Below, in pieces: positions 21,942 through 34,469 of a DNA stretch of 64,000 nucleotides. The first letter of the stretch is position 1. The number at the start of each line of letters is the position of its first letter. The stretch lies in assembly GCA_000442015.1 (NCBI GenBank), contig KE560907.1, positions 1-64,000 on the forward strand, written 5' to 3'. A program made the translations under genes and the position numbers. Under the pieces are notes generated by a model. The model ran no database searches, was not told where the DNA came from, and was given only the letters and a program-made list of their open reading frames with translations. This DNA is from Rozella allomycis CSF55. Lineage: Eukaryota.

Positions 21942-23149
21942 ATGACAACGTCCTCCAAGTAATTTTAAGCTTAAAATATTTAATTAAAGATCTTATGACC
22001 AGGTTGAATTTCTAAGGCCGATTGCGAAAAAGCATGTATTGAGGACGTCGATCCAGCATTGGTAAAGGTATGTTTCGCATCTTACAAGGCAACTCCGAGA
22101 TTTAATAACCTGCCCAGGAAACAAGAAAGAAATATACTATGTAAACCAGAATAACGTCAATTGTTACAATACTGAAACGAAACAAGTAAATATGTGGTTT
22201 ATATTTAGACTATAGATTATTCCATTTTTGAAAGATTTGGCTTTTTCTCCGACATCTATAACCTCTAATCACGGATACTTGGCGGTTGGAGGTCAGAGAA
22301 GTCAATTGGTCGTTAAACAACTATCATCGTCTTGGCAAGCATCAACATCAGTTGGTGGATCAATTAACAATGCACTCTGTATCTCTCAACACCTGAATGA
22401 CACACGCGTACTTATATCCAACAACGACGAAACTATCAAAGTGTATTCTCTGCCTTCTCTTGCTAGAATTACAGATATAACTTTACCCACAGCCGTTAAT
22501 TATGGTAAAAAATATCATCTCGTAAAACAATATAGCGTCTGTTAGTCCCGATGGAAAGAAAATGATAGCCGTTGGTGACAGCAATCACGTATACATGTAT
22601 GATATTACGGAAACGTCAGGTTATAGAAGAGTTGGCACCTTCACGGGTACTGAATATTATTTTTAGCCAACAGGATCAACTGAAGCTGGCTTTAATTGTG
22701 CATGGAGTCAAAATTCTGATAAGTTTGCAGTTGCTTGCCAAGATGGATTTGTTTGTGTTTGGGATATTAGAAGCAGTGAAAAGTTGGCAAAAATTCAATC
22801 TCAGCAAGTAATTAATGAATCAAAAAGTATATAGTCGCCAGCTGTTAAAGGTGCATGTCGATCAGTAAAGTTTTCGCCAAGCGGTTCGGTCGATCTATTG
22901 GTATTTAGCGAGGTAAATTCATAAATTTGCGATTAGAAGCATGTATCATATATCAATGTAGTAGATGCAAGATCATTTAACCAACACCAAGTCTTAAGAG
23001 TGGCTCCCCCAAACACCGATTTACATATTACAGGTTTATCATTCTCTCCAGACAGCCAAGCGGTATTTGTTGGAACAGAAAGCGCTATTTTGGAATATGA
23101 AGTTGACACAATTCTTAGAAGGACATTTCCATACGGTGCAATTCTCTGA
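21942..23149 (+). CDS. WD40 protein, DUF2415-like
   Basis: SIQHWQLRDLI, YLAVGGQRSQL, VGGSINN, LISNNDETIK, FAVACQDG, GACRSVKFSPSGSVDLLVFSEH. Confidence 0.8.
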
Positions 23150-23226
23150 GCGCACGATATAATCTTTTAAAAGATGCATATATAAATAATCACTTCATCC
23201 CATTTTTAAGTGCTAAATCATAATAT

Positions 23227-23657
23227 TTATTTTGATTCTTCAGTGCGCAACTTGGCAAATGCGTTGGTCAACTTGATGCTCATTTCGTTAGCACGTTTGA
23301 CGATTTCGATTCTGTTCTTAGAGCTGACATTATGAGCGATTTCAGCGGAGTATTCTCTGTTGTGCATCATCAAAAGTTCAAGTTCTTTGACATTTCTAAT
23401 AACAAAGCGTTTAAATCCATTTGGCATTAAATCACGAGTTTTCTTGTTAGATCCATATCCAATCTTTGGCATTGGAATTTGTCCCTTGAAACGGCGACGA
23501 ACTCTGTTGTCAATACCTTTTGGCTTTCTCCAAGCTTCCTAAACTTATTTCGAAATGAAAAAAATACCTTGACAGATTTATAACGGTCAGATTGGTGACG
23601 AACGAATTTTTTGGTACGCTTTTTGACAATAGCGATACGGTTAAGTGGAGCAACCAT
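23227..23657 (-). CDS. RPL32: 60S ribosomal protein L32 (eL32)
   Basis: [46 protein letters not shown]. One intron. Confidence 0.97.
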
Positions 23658-23946
23658 TTGTACAGGGGTTTAGAAAAAAAGAATTTTCAACGTGTAATTT
23701 CCAAAATTTTTCCGCTCAAACATCGAAGAATATAGTATGATATTAAAGAATAAAACAATAAATTTAAAGAAATTTAACAAAATTTTGAGCAGTAAGGCGA
23801 AATATATTATTGGCTTGTTAATACGAATTTGTGTCTTATATTTCATTTTTACAGGTTATTGTAATATAGTTCCAAAGTCTTTTTATGATAATGCTAATGT
23901 ATGTCTTAACGTCTTTCACTTTCTGATTTTTATTGAAATTTCATAA

Positions 23947-25059
23947 ATGTCAGGAGAGGGTTGGTGTCTTATAGAATCTGATCCAGGTAGTCTCATAAGA
24001 AAACCTTCCTGTAGCTGTTTTTACCGAACTTTTAGAAAACATTGGAGTTAAAGGCTTACAGGTTGAGGAGGTCTATTCTTTTGACGTCGACACCTTGAAA
24101 GAATTAGAGTAAGGATTCTTTAGAATGTTTTTCAGACCTGTGTATGGTTTAATTTTCCTCTTCAAATGGGAAGGGAAGAATAAAACTACGGAACAAGAGC
24201 AGTTGTTTGATGATCCAAACTTATTTTTCGCAAATCAAGTAGAATCATTGCATTAATATAAAAAGATGATAAATAATGCATGTGCCACTCAAGCTATTTT
24301 AAATATTTGTTTAAACTTGGATGATAACGTTCTGAATGAGGAACTGTTAAACTTTAAGCAATTTACAAAAGAATTTGACTCTGAGGTAGAAATATTTACG
24401 CTTCTTAATTTAATAGACAAAAGGAATTGCTATAGGAAATAGTGATCACATTCGAGATGTTCATAATTCATTTGCTAGGGCGAATCCATTCTTTTCTGAT
24501 AATGTTAAAACAGCTACAGAAGACGACGATGTATTTCATTTCACCGCATTTATTCCTTTTAATGGAAATTTAATCGAACTAGATGGACTTAAGAAGGGTC
24601 CAGTCAATCTTGGAGAATGTACGGATCAAGACTGGTTACAAAAGGCTAGTGCCACGTTAATAGAAAGGATTTCCAAGTAAACTTTAAAATTTGATTTAAA
24701 AGATATCAAAACGAATTGCGTTTTAGTTTAATGGCAATAATTAGGAAGAGGGAAGATATTTACCAGCAAGAATTGAAATCAATTCAGGAAAGGCTGCAAT
24801 CTATCGATATTAAAACTTCAGTAACGGTAATATTTATTAAACACAGTCTTCTGAATCCACAGAGTCTCTTGCTGCTGTGAAGCGAGAACTTTTGGATAGA
24901 AAAACAAATATTCTTGAAAAACAATCGTTTGAAGTTCGAAAAAAAGAGAAAGGAAGAAAGGAAAATTTGCGCAGGAAACATAACTATATACCTCTTGCCG
25001 TTGAACTAATTAAATGTATGGCTGTCGAAGGTACCCTAAAGACATTGTTGGAGAATTAA
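23947..25059 (+). CDS. UCHL5: Ubiquitin C-terminal hydrolase UCH37/UCHL5
   Basis: WCLIESDP, PVYGLIFLFKW, NNACATQAIL, VHNSFAR, FHF, ELDGL, ENLRRKHNYIP. Confidence 0.92.
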
Positions 25060-25216
25060 TTACCACATATCATAGATATAAATGTATTAACCTATTTATT
25101 TATTTTATTCAATTTCTAAAAATAGTAGACCTGCTCTAATTGGTTCATTTCCTGCCATTCGCTGATATACAAATAGTATGAAACTCTTTACCCCTAACTG
25201 ATACCAAACATCACTG

Positions 25217-26155
25217 ATGAAATTTTCGATTATACTTGCAACTCTATCATCACTCTTATTAACGAAGGCAAATCCATTACCAGTCCCTGAACCGATGCCA
25301 CAAGTTAGCTGGGCCGGAAGTCTTGGAATGTTGGGCCTAAATGCAGTGATAGCCGGTGGAACCGCTTATCCTATGTCTTACTTTACTTCAATGAAATATG
25401 CCAGAGAAGGTCAAAAGCAAAGTTTATTTAGCTTTCAAAAGGAATTCGGCAATTCCAAAGATGCTCTCGAGTACAACAGTCAGGGAGTTGAGGATTGGCA
25501 AAATCTTGCAGCCTCATCTAGTGATTCCCCTCTTCTTAACTATCAAAAACAGCAATTGGTGAAAGACATGGAACAGTATGAAAACGATGCGCTCACAAGG
25601 TCAAAGGAAATGAAACGTGCGGAAATGAGAGCAGAAATGGCATCTAAGGTTCCATTCGGAACTATCACTTTATTTGCTGGAAACGAATGCGGAACTCATC
25701 AACTCGGTCCCGAATTAGTAGTTCAAAAAGTAACTCATGCCGTGGAACCTGAAGTTGGATCCAAAATCACCTCTTTAAGATTTGATAATCCCCCGGCTGG
25801 ACTTGTTGTGGAATTTTATCCTGACTCCCAACCATCAAGAAACAGGTTTGCAAAATTGATAATTAAAGAAAAGATCCCTTCACTTGAAATATGCAATTTT
25901 GAAAAGACCGTCAAAAATGATAAATTTGAATATATTACATCTGGAATGTCTGCAGGCGAATTAAGGAAACATTTCAAATATGTCCACATCGAAGTTCCTG
26001 CTACGTCTGCAAGCACAGAAAGCGCTGTTTCTCCATCAAAATTCAACTCTTCGCATGGTGAATCATCAATAACTCAAAGCATTGCAAACGAGGAAATGTT
26101 CAACCGCCAAGGTTCGGTTTCACCTTCTGCAGCTTTCGTTCAAAAGACCCAATAA
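25217..26155 (+). CDS. Secreted orphan protein, intronless
   Basis: 312-aa ORF with a signal peptide followed by an X-Pro dipeptide run NPLPVPEPMP. Confidence 0.7.
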   Translation: MKFSIILATLSSLLLTKANPLPVPEPMPQVSWAGSLGMLGLNAVIAGGTAYPMSYFTSMKYAREGQKQSLFSFQKEFGNSKDALEYNSQGVEDWQNLAASSSDSPLLNYQKQQLVKDMEQYENDALTRSKEMKRAEMRAEMASKVPFGTITLFAGNECGTHQLGPELVVQKVTHAVEPEVGSKITSLRFDNPPAGLVVEFYPDSQPSRNRFAKLIIKEKIPSLEICNFEKTVKNDKFEYITSGMSAGELRKHFKYVHIEVPATSASTESAVSPSKFNSSHGESSITQSIANEEMFNRQGSVSPSAAFVQKTQ

Positions 26156-26203
26156 AGAGCAAGGATAATAAAATAAGTTATTTTAATAGTTGCTTTTACA
26201 AAA

Positions 26204-27041
26204 TTATGATCTTAAAAGTTCCAATTGAGTATGAATGTCCTAGAAACATGGTAAGTCAGTTAAACCTTACATTAAATCTCCTTTCAGTTAACTCCTTCAT
26301 GTCTTCGGCCTTTTTAATTATAGCTTGTAACGTTTGCAAATACTCGGTCTGCTCTTCTAAGAGTCCAGATAGTCGCCCTTCAAGTTTAGACAGATATAAT
26401 AGCCTCTTTTCTTCACCTTGCATTACCATGGATGAAAGTAGGCTCTCTATTTCCTGATTTTGTTTTTCAATTGATTTTGAATGCTCAGAGATGTTTTCAG
26501 GCTATTCTTACTATATGATATGTGTATACCATATCATCCGTGTAAGGTATAACTGGATATTTTGGTGACTCTTTTTGAAATATCTCCACCGGCTTGGGTT
26601 TCATAGCAGAATACAAGGAATCCAAGAATTCGTCGTCGTAAATTTTTCTCTGCTTCCAAATGGCGAGAATTCTTTCGAATTGAGATTTTGTTTTATTATC
26701 TTGTATTCTGTGTTAACTTACAAAAATACTTACAGTCGAACTTTTTCAAAAACCAAAGGTAACACTTTGCGAAATGCATCGGGGTAAAGCGTCATTTTCT
26801 TTTTGCAAGAGTATTGAATAACATCATTTATTACAAACATGTGAAGAAGTCTTTGTGCATCATTGTCTGAAACGTCACTTTAAGGCATTTTACTGTTGAT
26901 GAAAGACTCCAACCAAATCTCAGTTATATCAGAAGCATGCCTTTTTTGAAATTGCATCCACTGCGAAAGAGTTTCAATGGACTCTTGCGTAGGGTTGAGT
27001 TTGGACAGCTTTTCGAGAAACGAATTCCGTGAAAAAGACAT
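26204..27041 (-). CDS. RTT103: RNA pol II CTD-interacting domain protein (Rtt103/RPRD1 family)
   Basis: MSFSRNSFLEKLSKLNPTQESIETLSQW, HMFVINDVIQYS, RILAIWKQRKIY. Confidence 0.82.
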
Positions 27042-27165
27042 TTATTTTGAAATTTCAGATTTTTCGTGTGACCAATTATTTCACCATATTTGATCGGAAA
27101 CTACTGAGTCAATAAAATTCTTCAATAATGTTACAATGTAATGAGAAAATATATGGGTATAACAC

Positions 27166-28038
27166 TTCAAGCAATAAGTCGGCGACTAAATGGCAAATAT
27201 TTTTGAGACTTTTATTTGTAATGTTACAATACATGGCCAATTGGCAATTGTCGTTTTTTGCGTCAAATATGCGCTCATGAAATTGCGTGTTCCAAAGTCG
27301 TCAGCAATTCATTATTCATTCACAGTAGCAAGTGTCAAATACCAGATTTATGCATTTCAAAAAGTAACTCTTGCTGTCCTATTTTAATTTCATTGTTCTG
27401 CTCTGAACGCCACGGACCAAGGTTGATAGAATTTCAAATTTGTTACATGTGACCTAAGCCTTGTTTGGATTGGATATATGACCAATTGGGCCACATGCCA
27501 CGTTGAATACATTATGCAACTTGGTCATTGTAGCCTGCCTGTATCATCGCTCAAAGGTCTGCTAGTACTTAATTTTACTTGTTTTTCAACAATAGGCATA
27601 GGGGCTTGCGGTTNCAAGCAATAAGTTGGCGACTAAATGGCGAATATTTTTGAGACTTTTATTTGTAATGTTACAATCCATGGCCAATTGGCAATTGTCG
27701 TTTTTTGCGTCAAATATGTGCTTATCAAATTGCGTGTTCCAAAGTCGTCAGCAATTCATTATTCATTCACAGTACCAAGTGTCATATACCAGATTCATGT
27801 ATTTCAAAAATCACTCTTGCTGTCCTATTTTGATTTCATTGTTCTGCTCTGAACACCACACCAAGCTTTATAGAATTTCAAATTTGTAAAATATGACATA
27901 ATGATAAGCATTGATTGGATTGGATATATGCCACGTTGAATGCAACTTGGTCACTGTAGCCTGCCTGTATCATCGCTCAAAGGCCTGCTGGTTAATTTTA
28001 CTTGTTTTCCAACAATAGCCATAGGAGCTTGCGGTTAC
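27166..28038. repeat. About 450-bp imperfect direct duplication joined by a single N (27614); probable diverged haplotypes of a non-coding or decayed segment
   Basis: caagcaataagt...gcttgcggtt occurs at about 27168-27613 and 27615-28036, with substitutions and indels. Confidence 0.85.
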
Positions 28039-28090
28039 AACTAGCCCAAGTACCAGGGTCCATGGCAAAAGTCAATTTGAGAAATATCAA

Positions 28091-29035
28091 ATGCACGGAA
28101 TAAGGAAGCGATTTTATTCAACCATTAATAACGTCTTGGTCTGTGGCTCTGGATTAATGGGAAGAGGAATAGCGCAAGTAACTGCTTTTTCAGGTAAGTT
28201 GTATGTAAATTTCACATGAGGATACAATGTGACCCTTTACGATATCAAACAAGATGTTTTAAATAAAGCATTAGAATTAATCAAGGATAATTTAAATCAT
28301 TCATTTAATAAACAACTCAATGACAAAACCAAGGCTGTAGAGCAAACAAATAAAACTTTGGCAAGAATTAAAGCTAGTACCGACTTGAACTCCACTTTTG
28401 TGGCATCGTCTCCTGATCTTGTTATTGAAGCGATCATAGAGGATCTTGAAGCAAAAAAGACTCTATTTGCTCATTTGGATAAAATTGCCCCACCGGGGGT
28501 GATTTTTGCTTCGAATACAAGTTCTTTATCAATCACAGATATTGCCTCTGGAGTATCAAGAAAGGATAACTTTGTTGGATTGCACTTTTTTTCTCCCGTT
28601 CCTATAATGAAACTTGTTGAAATAGTGAAAACAGAACATTCATCTCCAGAGGTAATTGATTCTTTGCAAAAGTTTACACAAACTCTAAATAAGACAGCTA
28701 TTATTTGTAAAGACACTCCCGGATTTATTGTTAACAGGCTTTTGGTGCCTTACTTATTGGAGTCTGTTAAACTTTATGACCAAGGGATAGCGTCCATCAA
28801 AGATATAGATACGGCTATGAAGCTCGGTGCTGGTTATCCAATGGGTCCATTTGAATTATTGGACTATGTGGGGTTAGATGTTGTCAAGTTCATTAACGAT
28901 GCCTGGCATGCAAAGAATCCACAAGATCCCATGTTTCAACCAAGTCAATCGATTAACAAATTGGTCGCAGAAGGAAATTTAGGAAAGAAAACTGGCAAAG
29001 GATTTTATGATTACACCAAGAAAAATAAATTGTGA
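28091..29035 (+). CDS. HADH: 3-hydroxyacyl-CoA dehydrogenase
   Basis: GSGLMGRGIAQV, EAIIEDL, ASNTSSLSI, GLHFFSPV, KDTPGFIVNRLL, GYPMGPFEL. Confidence 0.95.
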
Positions 29036-29076
29036 CGTTTATGATATCGCTTTTAAACATTACATTCAAGACTTAA

Positions 29077-29476
29077 TTAGTGATCATTGAGCATCTCATG
29101 ATTCTCATCTGTGTTTGAACTATGCCGAATTTTAAATAATTTGCGCCTCATGTAGACGCTAAATTCTTGAATCAGCTTGATGATAGTATAGAAGCTTTTA
29201 CTGAGTGAACATCTAAAACTTTAGCGATTGTGGCCGCGGAAACTGCAGCTACCGACATGCATAAACAGGTACCAGCTGCCAATGAAGCAAAAGCTACTCT
29301 GTAAGCCCTTGAGCTAACAAACCTATCTTTCCGGGTATTGGACACTAAAATAAGTAGTATTGCATAAACTGACATCTTTGGCTATACATTGCCGATCCAA
29401 TGAGTGTAGAGAAGAAGAAAATTATAGAACCAGACAACCAGGTATTAATGGACACAAGGTGCTTCCTTTCATCCAT
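29077..29476 (-). CDS. Small membrane protein, TMEM242/Aim11-like
   Basis: Two hydrophobic segments and AFASLAAGT...LDVHSLIQEFSVYM. Introns of 29 and 26 nt. Confidence 0.55.
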
Positions 29477-29493
29477 TTGTCGAAATTTCGCAA

Positions 29494-31336
29494 ATGGAGA
29501 AGGAGTTGATCATTAGCATATCAATCCTACTCACAATCCTTTTTCTTTTTCTTTATGTGAAACACAGGCAAAATAATAATGTTAAATGTTTTTACTGCAA
29601 TGGAAAAGATTTGTATCAGACTTTTGTAGAGAATGAAGAGGAAAGGTATTACTGCAGGCACTGTGACAGTTACTTTTCGTTGATAAATGGTGACATAGAG
29701 ACTGTAGACGACGCTATGTTTGACGAAAATCTGAATAAGATTTCAGGCAGTTTGATTAACAGTAAACTAGTTTATTGATTTCAAATCGTAGGAAGAAATG
29801 CAAGCCATTGGCAGTCAATATTATGTAATAATTGTGAAAGCAACCAAGTAATTATAACCGGCTTGCTTGCTGATTTCGACCCACCAGTGAACAAGGTAAT
29901 AGTTTGTATTGATTGTAAAAGGATTTTGATGCGGCTGTCAAAGAATATAAACAATCTCTGGAGAGGCGTTATCCTTTATGCTCTATTTGCAGAAAATCTG
30001 TACAAAAAAGAATAGAAGAATCAGCGAAAATGTTACGCAGCGATGTAATGAATACAATGTTAAAAAAATCATCAAGTATGTCTCTGCCGGTATTAATTTG
30101 TCATAATTTGTTATAGAAAATACCTAAGCTATCTATAGGGCATATTTTTGTCATTATATTTAGAATTACTCAACAACTAATTTTGACTTTACTTTTGACT
30201 TCCATTTTATACAGAAATGACATTCTTTCGCTTGATTATAATTGTTATGAAAATAGAAACTATAATGAGAATATTCTTCTAACATTTCTGTTAGGCCCTG
30301 TGATTACTACGAGGTTTCTTATTAAAGTCCTCGGTGGTGAGATCGTTGATTGTTTCTTGTTAAAATCTTTAAATATTTTAATTTTATCGCCGATAATTTT
30401 ATCCATTATCGCCCCCTACGCTCCATTAACGAGACAAAGGAGAATTGAAAAGAACAACAGAAGGCAAAAAGTTCTAGCGATGGTAAGTTTCTGATTTTAT
30501 GTTTTTTATTAGACTAGCATTTCAATGCACGGATTTTTGTTTTATTTTATATTAGAAAAGATGAAGACGGCGTCATTTAATTACATTTATCTTTTGTGGG
30601 GCTTGTTTGTGACTTCTTTTGTCTTATCAATATTTTTCCAAATTGCAAGTCGTTCTTCTAGCAGAGATAAAATTGTTGACAAAATTTTCAATTCTAAAAC
30701 ATCTTTAGAGTATGAAGAATCATTTAATGATATTGACAACACTTTGGAAAACTTGGATAATTTATTGTCATTTTCAAACAATCCAAAGAATCGCTCATAT
30801 AATAACAATTCCCAAAAGTCAAAAAATATCTTCATTAATCAAGATAGTCCTACTTCAGTGACTTTTAAAGGGACAGTATTTGATCAAGTATCAATCCATA
30901 TCCAAAATTACGTAGGGCAGTAGTGGATTAGAAGACTTAATGGATAAATGGTCCATTAATGACAAAAGAACATTCAAACCTTACTCAGTCTCGTATCTCG
31001 ACAGACGCTTCATATCGCTACTGACCATTGTTTTATTTTTTCTTCAATTTTATCTGGTAAACTAATTTAATTTAAAGTAACCCTTAGCATAATTTAAAAA
31101 TTATCCACAATATACTTGGTGTATTTCTTGGGACATATTTGTGTAGGAACATATCAAACTTTTATCTTTCCATCTTTTTGAACACTTTATTCTTTACATA
31201 TGTATTAGACTCTGTAACATTTTTGTATCCACTTTTGTATTCAACATCATCCAATTTTTCAGTTCCAATCACCATTCTAACATTTCTACCCGATTTAAGC
31301 ATTATCATATCATCAATAAAAAATAAATTAACATGA
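29494..31336 (+). CDS. IMA1: Inner nuclear membrane protein Ima1/TMEM201 family
   Basis: VKCFYCN, YCRHCDSY..NGDI, LCNNCESNQ, LERRYPLCSIC, then multiple TM segments. 3' end approximate. Confidence 0.8.
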
Positions 31337-31503
31337 ATAATGCCTATTTCTTGTATAACTGGTTTTGCTTCTCGAAAGCAATTTTCAATCAATACATTTA
31401 CTACTTACTAGTTATATAACCCCAATGAAGTGATTTTTTTTCTAGTTTTTCATTGCTTTCTTATTGTCAATGGTTGTCAAGACACATTTGTGAGCCGCTG
31501 TAC

Positions 31504-32378
31504 ATGTCAAGACCTTCCTTTTCACAGCAGCCTTCATCAAATAAACTTTTGGAAGTTAAAAACAAAATAGCTGCACGGAAAACAGCAGTCGCCCATGATT
31601 TTACGTCGTATTGTGGAGATTTCAACAATGTTCAATGGAATTCGGTTTGGTAATCATTTATTTTATTTGTTTTAGGGCTGAATCAATAAACAAGGAAGAT
31701 AATTACAGACTCTACTATAAAGATAAATGGGGATTTATGCTGGAACAAGAAAAGCAATGGGAAATGACAAATCAAGGGAAACCTATGTCTAGACCTCCAT
31801 CGTCTAGCACTAAAAAGGAAGCATCTCAAAGACCAAGGACGTCTGGTTTTGTGGGTCATAGACCAATGTCTTCGAAAAGAAATACTAAAGACAAAAATAC
31901 ATCTCTCAAAGATAAAGTCAGTGCCAATACAAACTATGAAGAATACAAAGAATATTTAGAGAGCATTTTGGAAGAAGCAAATGAAAATACTTTGAAAAGA
32001 CTCTTTCCTGATAGGCCAACTTCGTCTTTTTCTAGAGTCATGCACAATCCTTCACAGGAATATTTTACGCACAGAAAAGAATCACTCCGAAAATGGAATG
32101 TTAAGACGCCAGCGTCGCAAGACATTGACTCAATAGAGAAATATAGCAATGAAGCGAAATTAGTTGAGACGACATGGACAACTGAGAGCAGGCAAAACTA
32201 TCAAAATCCTTTCCAAACTGGCATCCTCCATAACGAATCTACTTTTGATTCATATAATTTACAAAATGAAAAAGTAGATAGTCGACCAAAACAACGTAAT
32301 ACTTGCAATTCTACATACGGAAAGTTTCATTTTCAATACAGCAGAGTCGCTGAACTGCAACAAAAACTTAAATATTAA
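31504..32378 (+). CDS. Hypothetical protein, possibly ciliary
   Basis: Two exons. The motif W..SINKE...Y.DKWGF loosely resembles ciliary microtubule inner proteins (weak). Confidence 0.5.
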
Positions 32379-32443
32379 ATATAAACATTTTTCTTTTGCT
32401 TCAAAATTTTATCTCCTGTTTTGATATTTCGAAATTTCATACC

Positions 32444-33035
32444 ATGAAGACGAGTTCCTACAGAGAAAGAGATAATGAAAGGCACGAAATGCACGAAGAA
32501 AATTCACACGATGGTAAAGCGTTTTTGCATTTAATTATTTAGATGCGACTGCAAAGCTGAGGTCAGCTGCTACCAAACGCAAGGGCAGAGGATTTAGCTC
32601 GGGTAATATTTATGCAATGAAATTATTATTCTAGTTGATGATAAAGGAACAGCTATGGATGTAGACCACGAGTTTGACCAGCTAGACCCCGAAAATGCTG
32701 TAGAACATGCACAAAAATGTATATTGATTTAGTACTTTAAAATAGCGGTTGAAGGCTGGATTATTTTTGTTACTGGTCTCCATGAAGAAATAACAGAAGA
32801 AGACATTCAAGACAAATTTGCAGACTTTGGGGAAATTATGAACTTGCATTTGAATTTGGATAGAAGAACTGGTTTTGTGAAAGGATATGCATTAATTGAG
32901 TATCGTGACTTTAAAGAAGCTGAAGCCGCTGTATCAAATATGAATGGGGCATTAATATTCGACAGGCCAGTTAAATGCGATTTTGCATTTGTGCATGAAA
33001 GAAGAGACAGGAGAAGTGATAATCGTAGGAAATAA
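32444..33035 (+). CDS. RBM8A: Exon-junction complex RRM protein Y14
   Basis: [42 protein letters not shown]. Confidence 0.95.
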
Positions 33036-33044
33036 ATCTTTTAT

Positions 33045-33779
33045 TTAAAAATATTCAAATGAATCTGATTCTGTAGTTATTCCTTCTGGAATGGTGGGTT
33101 TGCCAGTATTTGATCCCGAGGGTATAGAGTTACTTTCTTCGGGTTTTTCCCATTCAGGCGCATACTTTTTCAATTTATCTTCAGAGTCCGATAATTCAAC
33201 GGGTTTGTGATCATCAGGAATACTTTTGTCGACCAATACAGCACCACCCACTAAAGCACCACCTCCCAAGGCTCCGACTAACGCAGGATGCCTGGATATA
33301 AAGCCTTTCTTTTGTAAATCATCAGTTTTTTCATTTTTAGACTTGTCAGTCTTTGATTTAATTCTCTCTGAGACTCGCTGGAACAAACCTTGCCCCTTAA
33401 TTACGAGTTGGTCATATTTGCCCTTGAGAGCGTCAAATCTATCATTCCATTTGCCTCCTTTTCGGTCTGTTTGTGTAGCAATATTATTTTGATCATTTAA
33501 ATTTGTATTTGTATTCTCTACTATTCTATCAGGGACATGACTTGCCGTATTTTGTTGTCTAACTGAAGATGCAGCACCATGGGTAGAGTAATTTATCGGT
33601 TCCCATGAACCATCATGATAAACAGGTTTGTTAATCAATGTTGTACTTCCAGGAGGAGTCGTGAAAGCTGTGTGAGGTACTATTGTTGCTTTTGAAGAAG
33701 TAGAAGATACTACTGTACCGGCTGGCGCGGCTAAAGCTGAAGCACTTAGCATAGCAAATAAAGTAATTGATAATTTCAT
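33045..33779 (-). CDS. Secreted or membrane-anchored orphan protein, intronless
   Basis: Signal peptide MKLSITLFAMLSASALAAP and a Gly-rich hydrophobic segment ALVGALGGGALVGGAVLV. Confidence 0.7.
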   Translation of the reverse strand: MKLSITLFAMLSASALAAPAGTVVSSTSSKATIVPHTAFTTPPGSTTLINKPVYHDGSWEPINYSTHGAASSVRQQNTASHVPDRIVENTNTNLNDQNNIATQTDRKGGKWNDRFDALKGKYDQLVIKGQGLFQRVSERIKSKTDKSKNEKTDDLQKKGFISRHPALVGALGGGALVGGAVLVDKSIPDDHKPVELSDSEDKLKKYAPEWEKPEESNSIPSGSNTGKPTIPEGITTESDSFEYF

Positions 33780-33871
33780 GGCGTTTTATTGACAGTGTGA
33801 TTTCATCGCTTTATATATGTGCATTATTTGTTCATGCGCGTGAACTACATAACTGTGATTGGTCCAAAATT

Positions 33872-34384
33872 TCAAAATCTATTTTTACACCTTTTGTTTT
33901 CTATTCTATTTTCAATTAATGATCTTGAATCATGGCAATATGAATTGATGTTTTCCCTTTCGGCAATTTTATGCAAGTTCATATTTGAAGTTAAAGTGAT
34001 GTCTGCATTAGTTTTTACTGCCGCTTTTAACACAGAAGCGCATAGTGTGTTTATATGCCTATTGAGAGGAAATGATAAATCAACATCCTCTGTATTCACT
34101 GGAATTATTTTCGAAACAAGAATATCTGCACGTTTCTTTTCTGATGCACCACCTAGAGTTTGCACGATGTGCTTGAATTTTTCGATGCATATGGTGCTTG
34201 CGTAAAGGTACGATGACTTTACAAAAATATCATGTACGCTCAATAGAAAAGGTTCAACCATTTCAACCTTGGTCTGTCTATTTAGTTCGTTATTATCAAA
34301 TAGAATATTTTCACAAGATTGAATGTTGTTTGATATCTCAGATACATATGCGATCATAGTGGTTACATCCAAGTTTACGAGCAT
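33872..34384 (-). CDS. DUF1308/C7orf25-like protein
   Basis: VNLDVTTMIAYVSEISN, F..IV.TLGG.SEK.RA, H..RSL.E. Confidence 0.75.
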   Translation of the reverse strand: MLVNLDVTTMIAYVSEISNNIQSCENILFDNNELNRQTKVEMVEPFLLSVHDIFVKSSYLYASTICIEKFKHIVQTLGGASEKKRADILVSKIIPVNTEDVDLSFPLNRHINTLCASVLKAAVKTNADITLTSNMNLHKIAERENINSYCHDSRSLIENRIENKRCKNRF

Positions 34385-34469
34385 TAAAAATTCCGGAAAA
34401 AGCTTACGACTTTTTGAAAAGATGAATGGCGTGTGTTATAGCGTTAATTCGATATTTTAAAAAAGCATA

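Noticed and set aside
23737-23946. 69-aa ORF between RPL32 and UCHL5
   Set aside because: AT-rich divergent promoter region with no recognisable motif.
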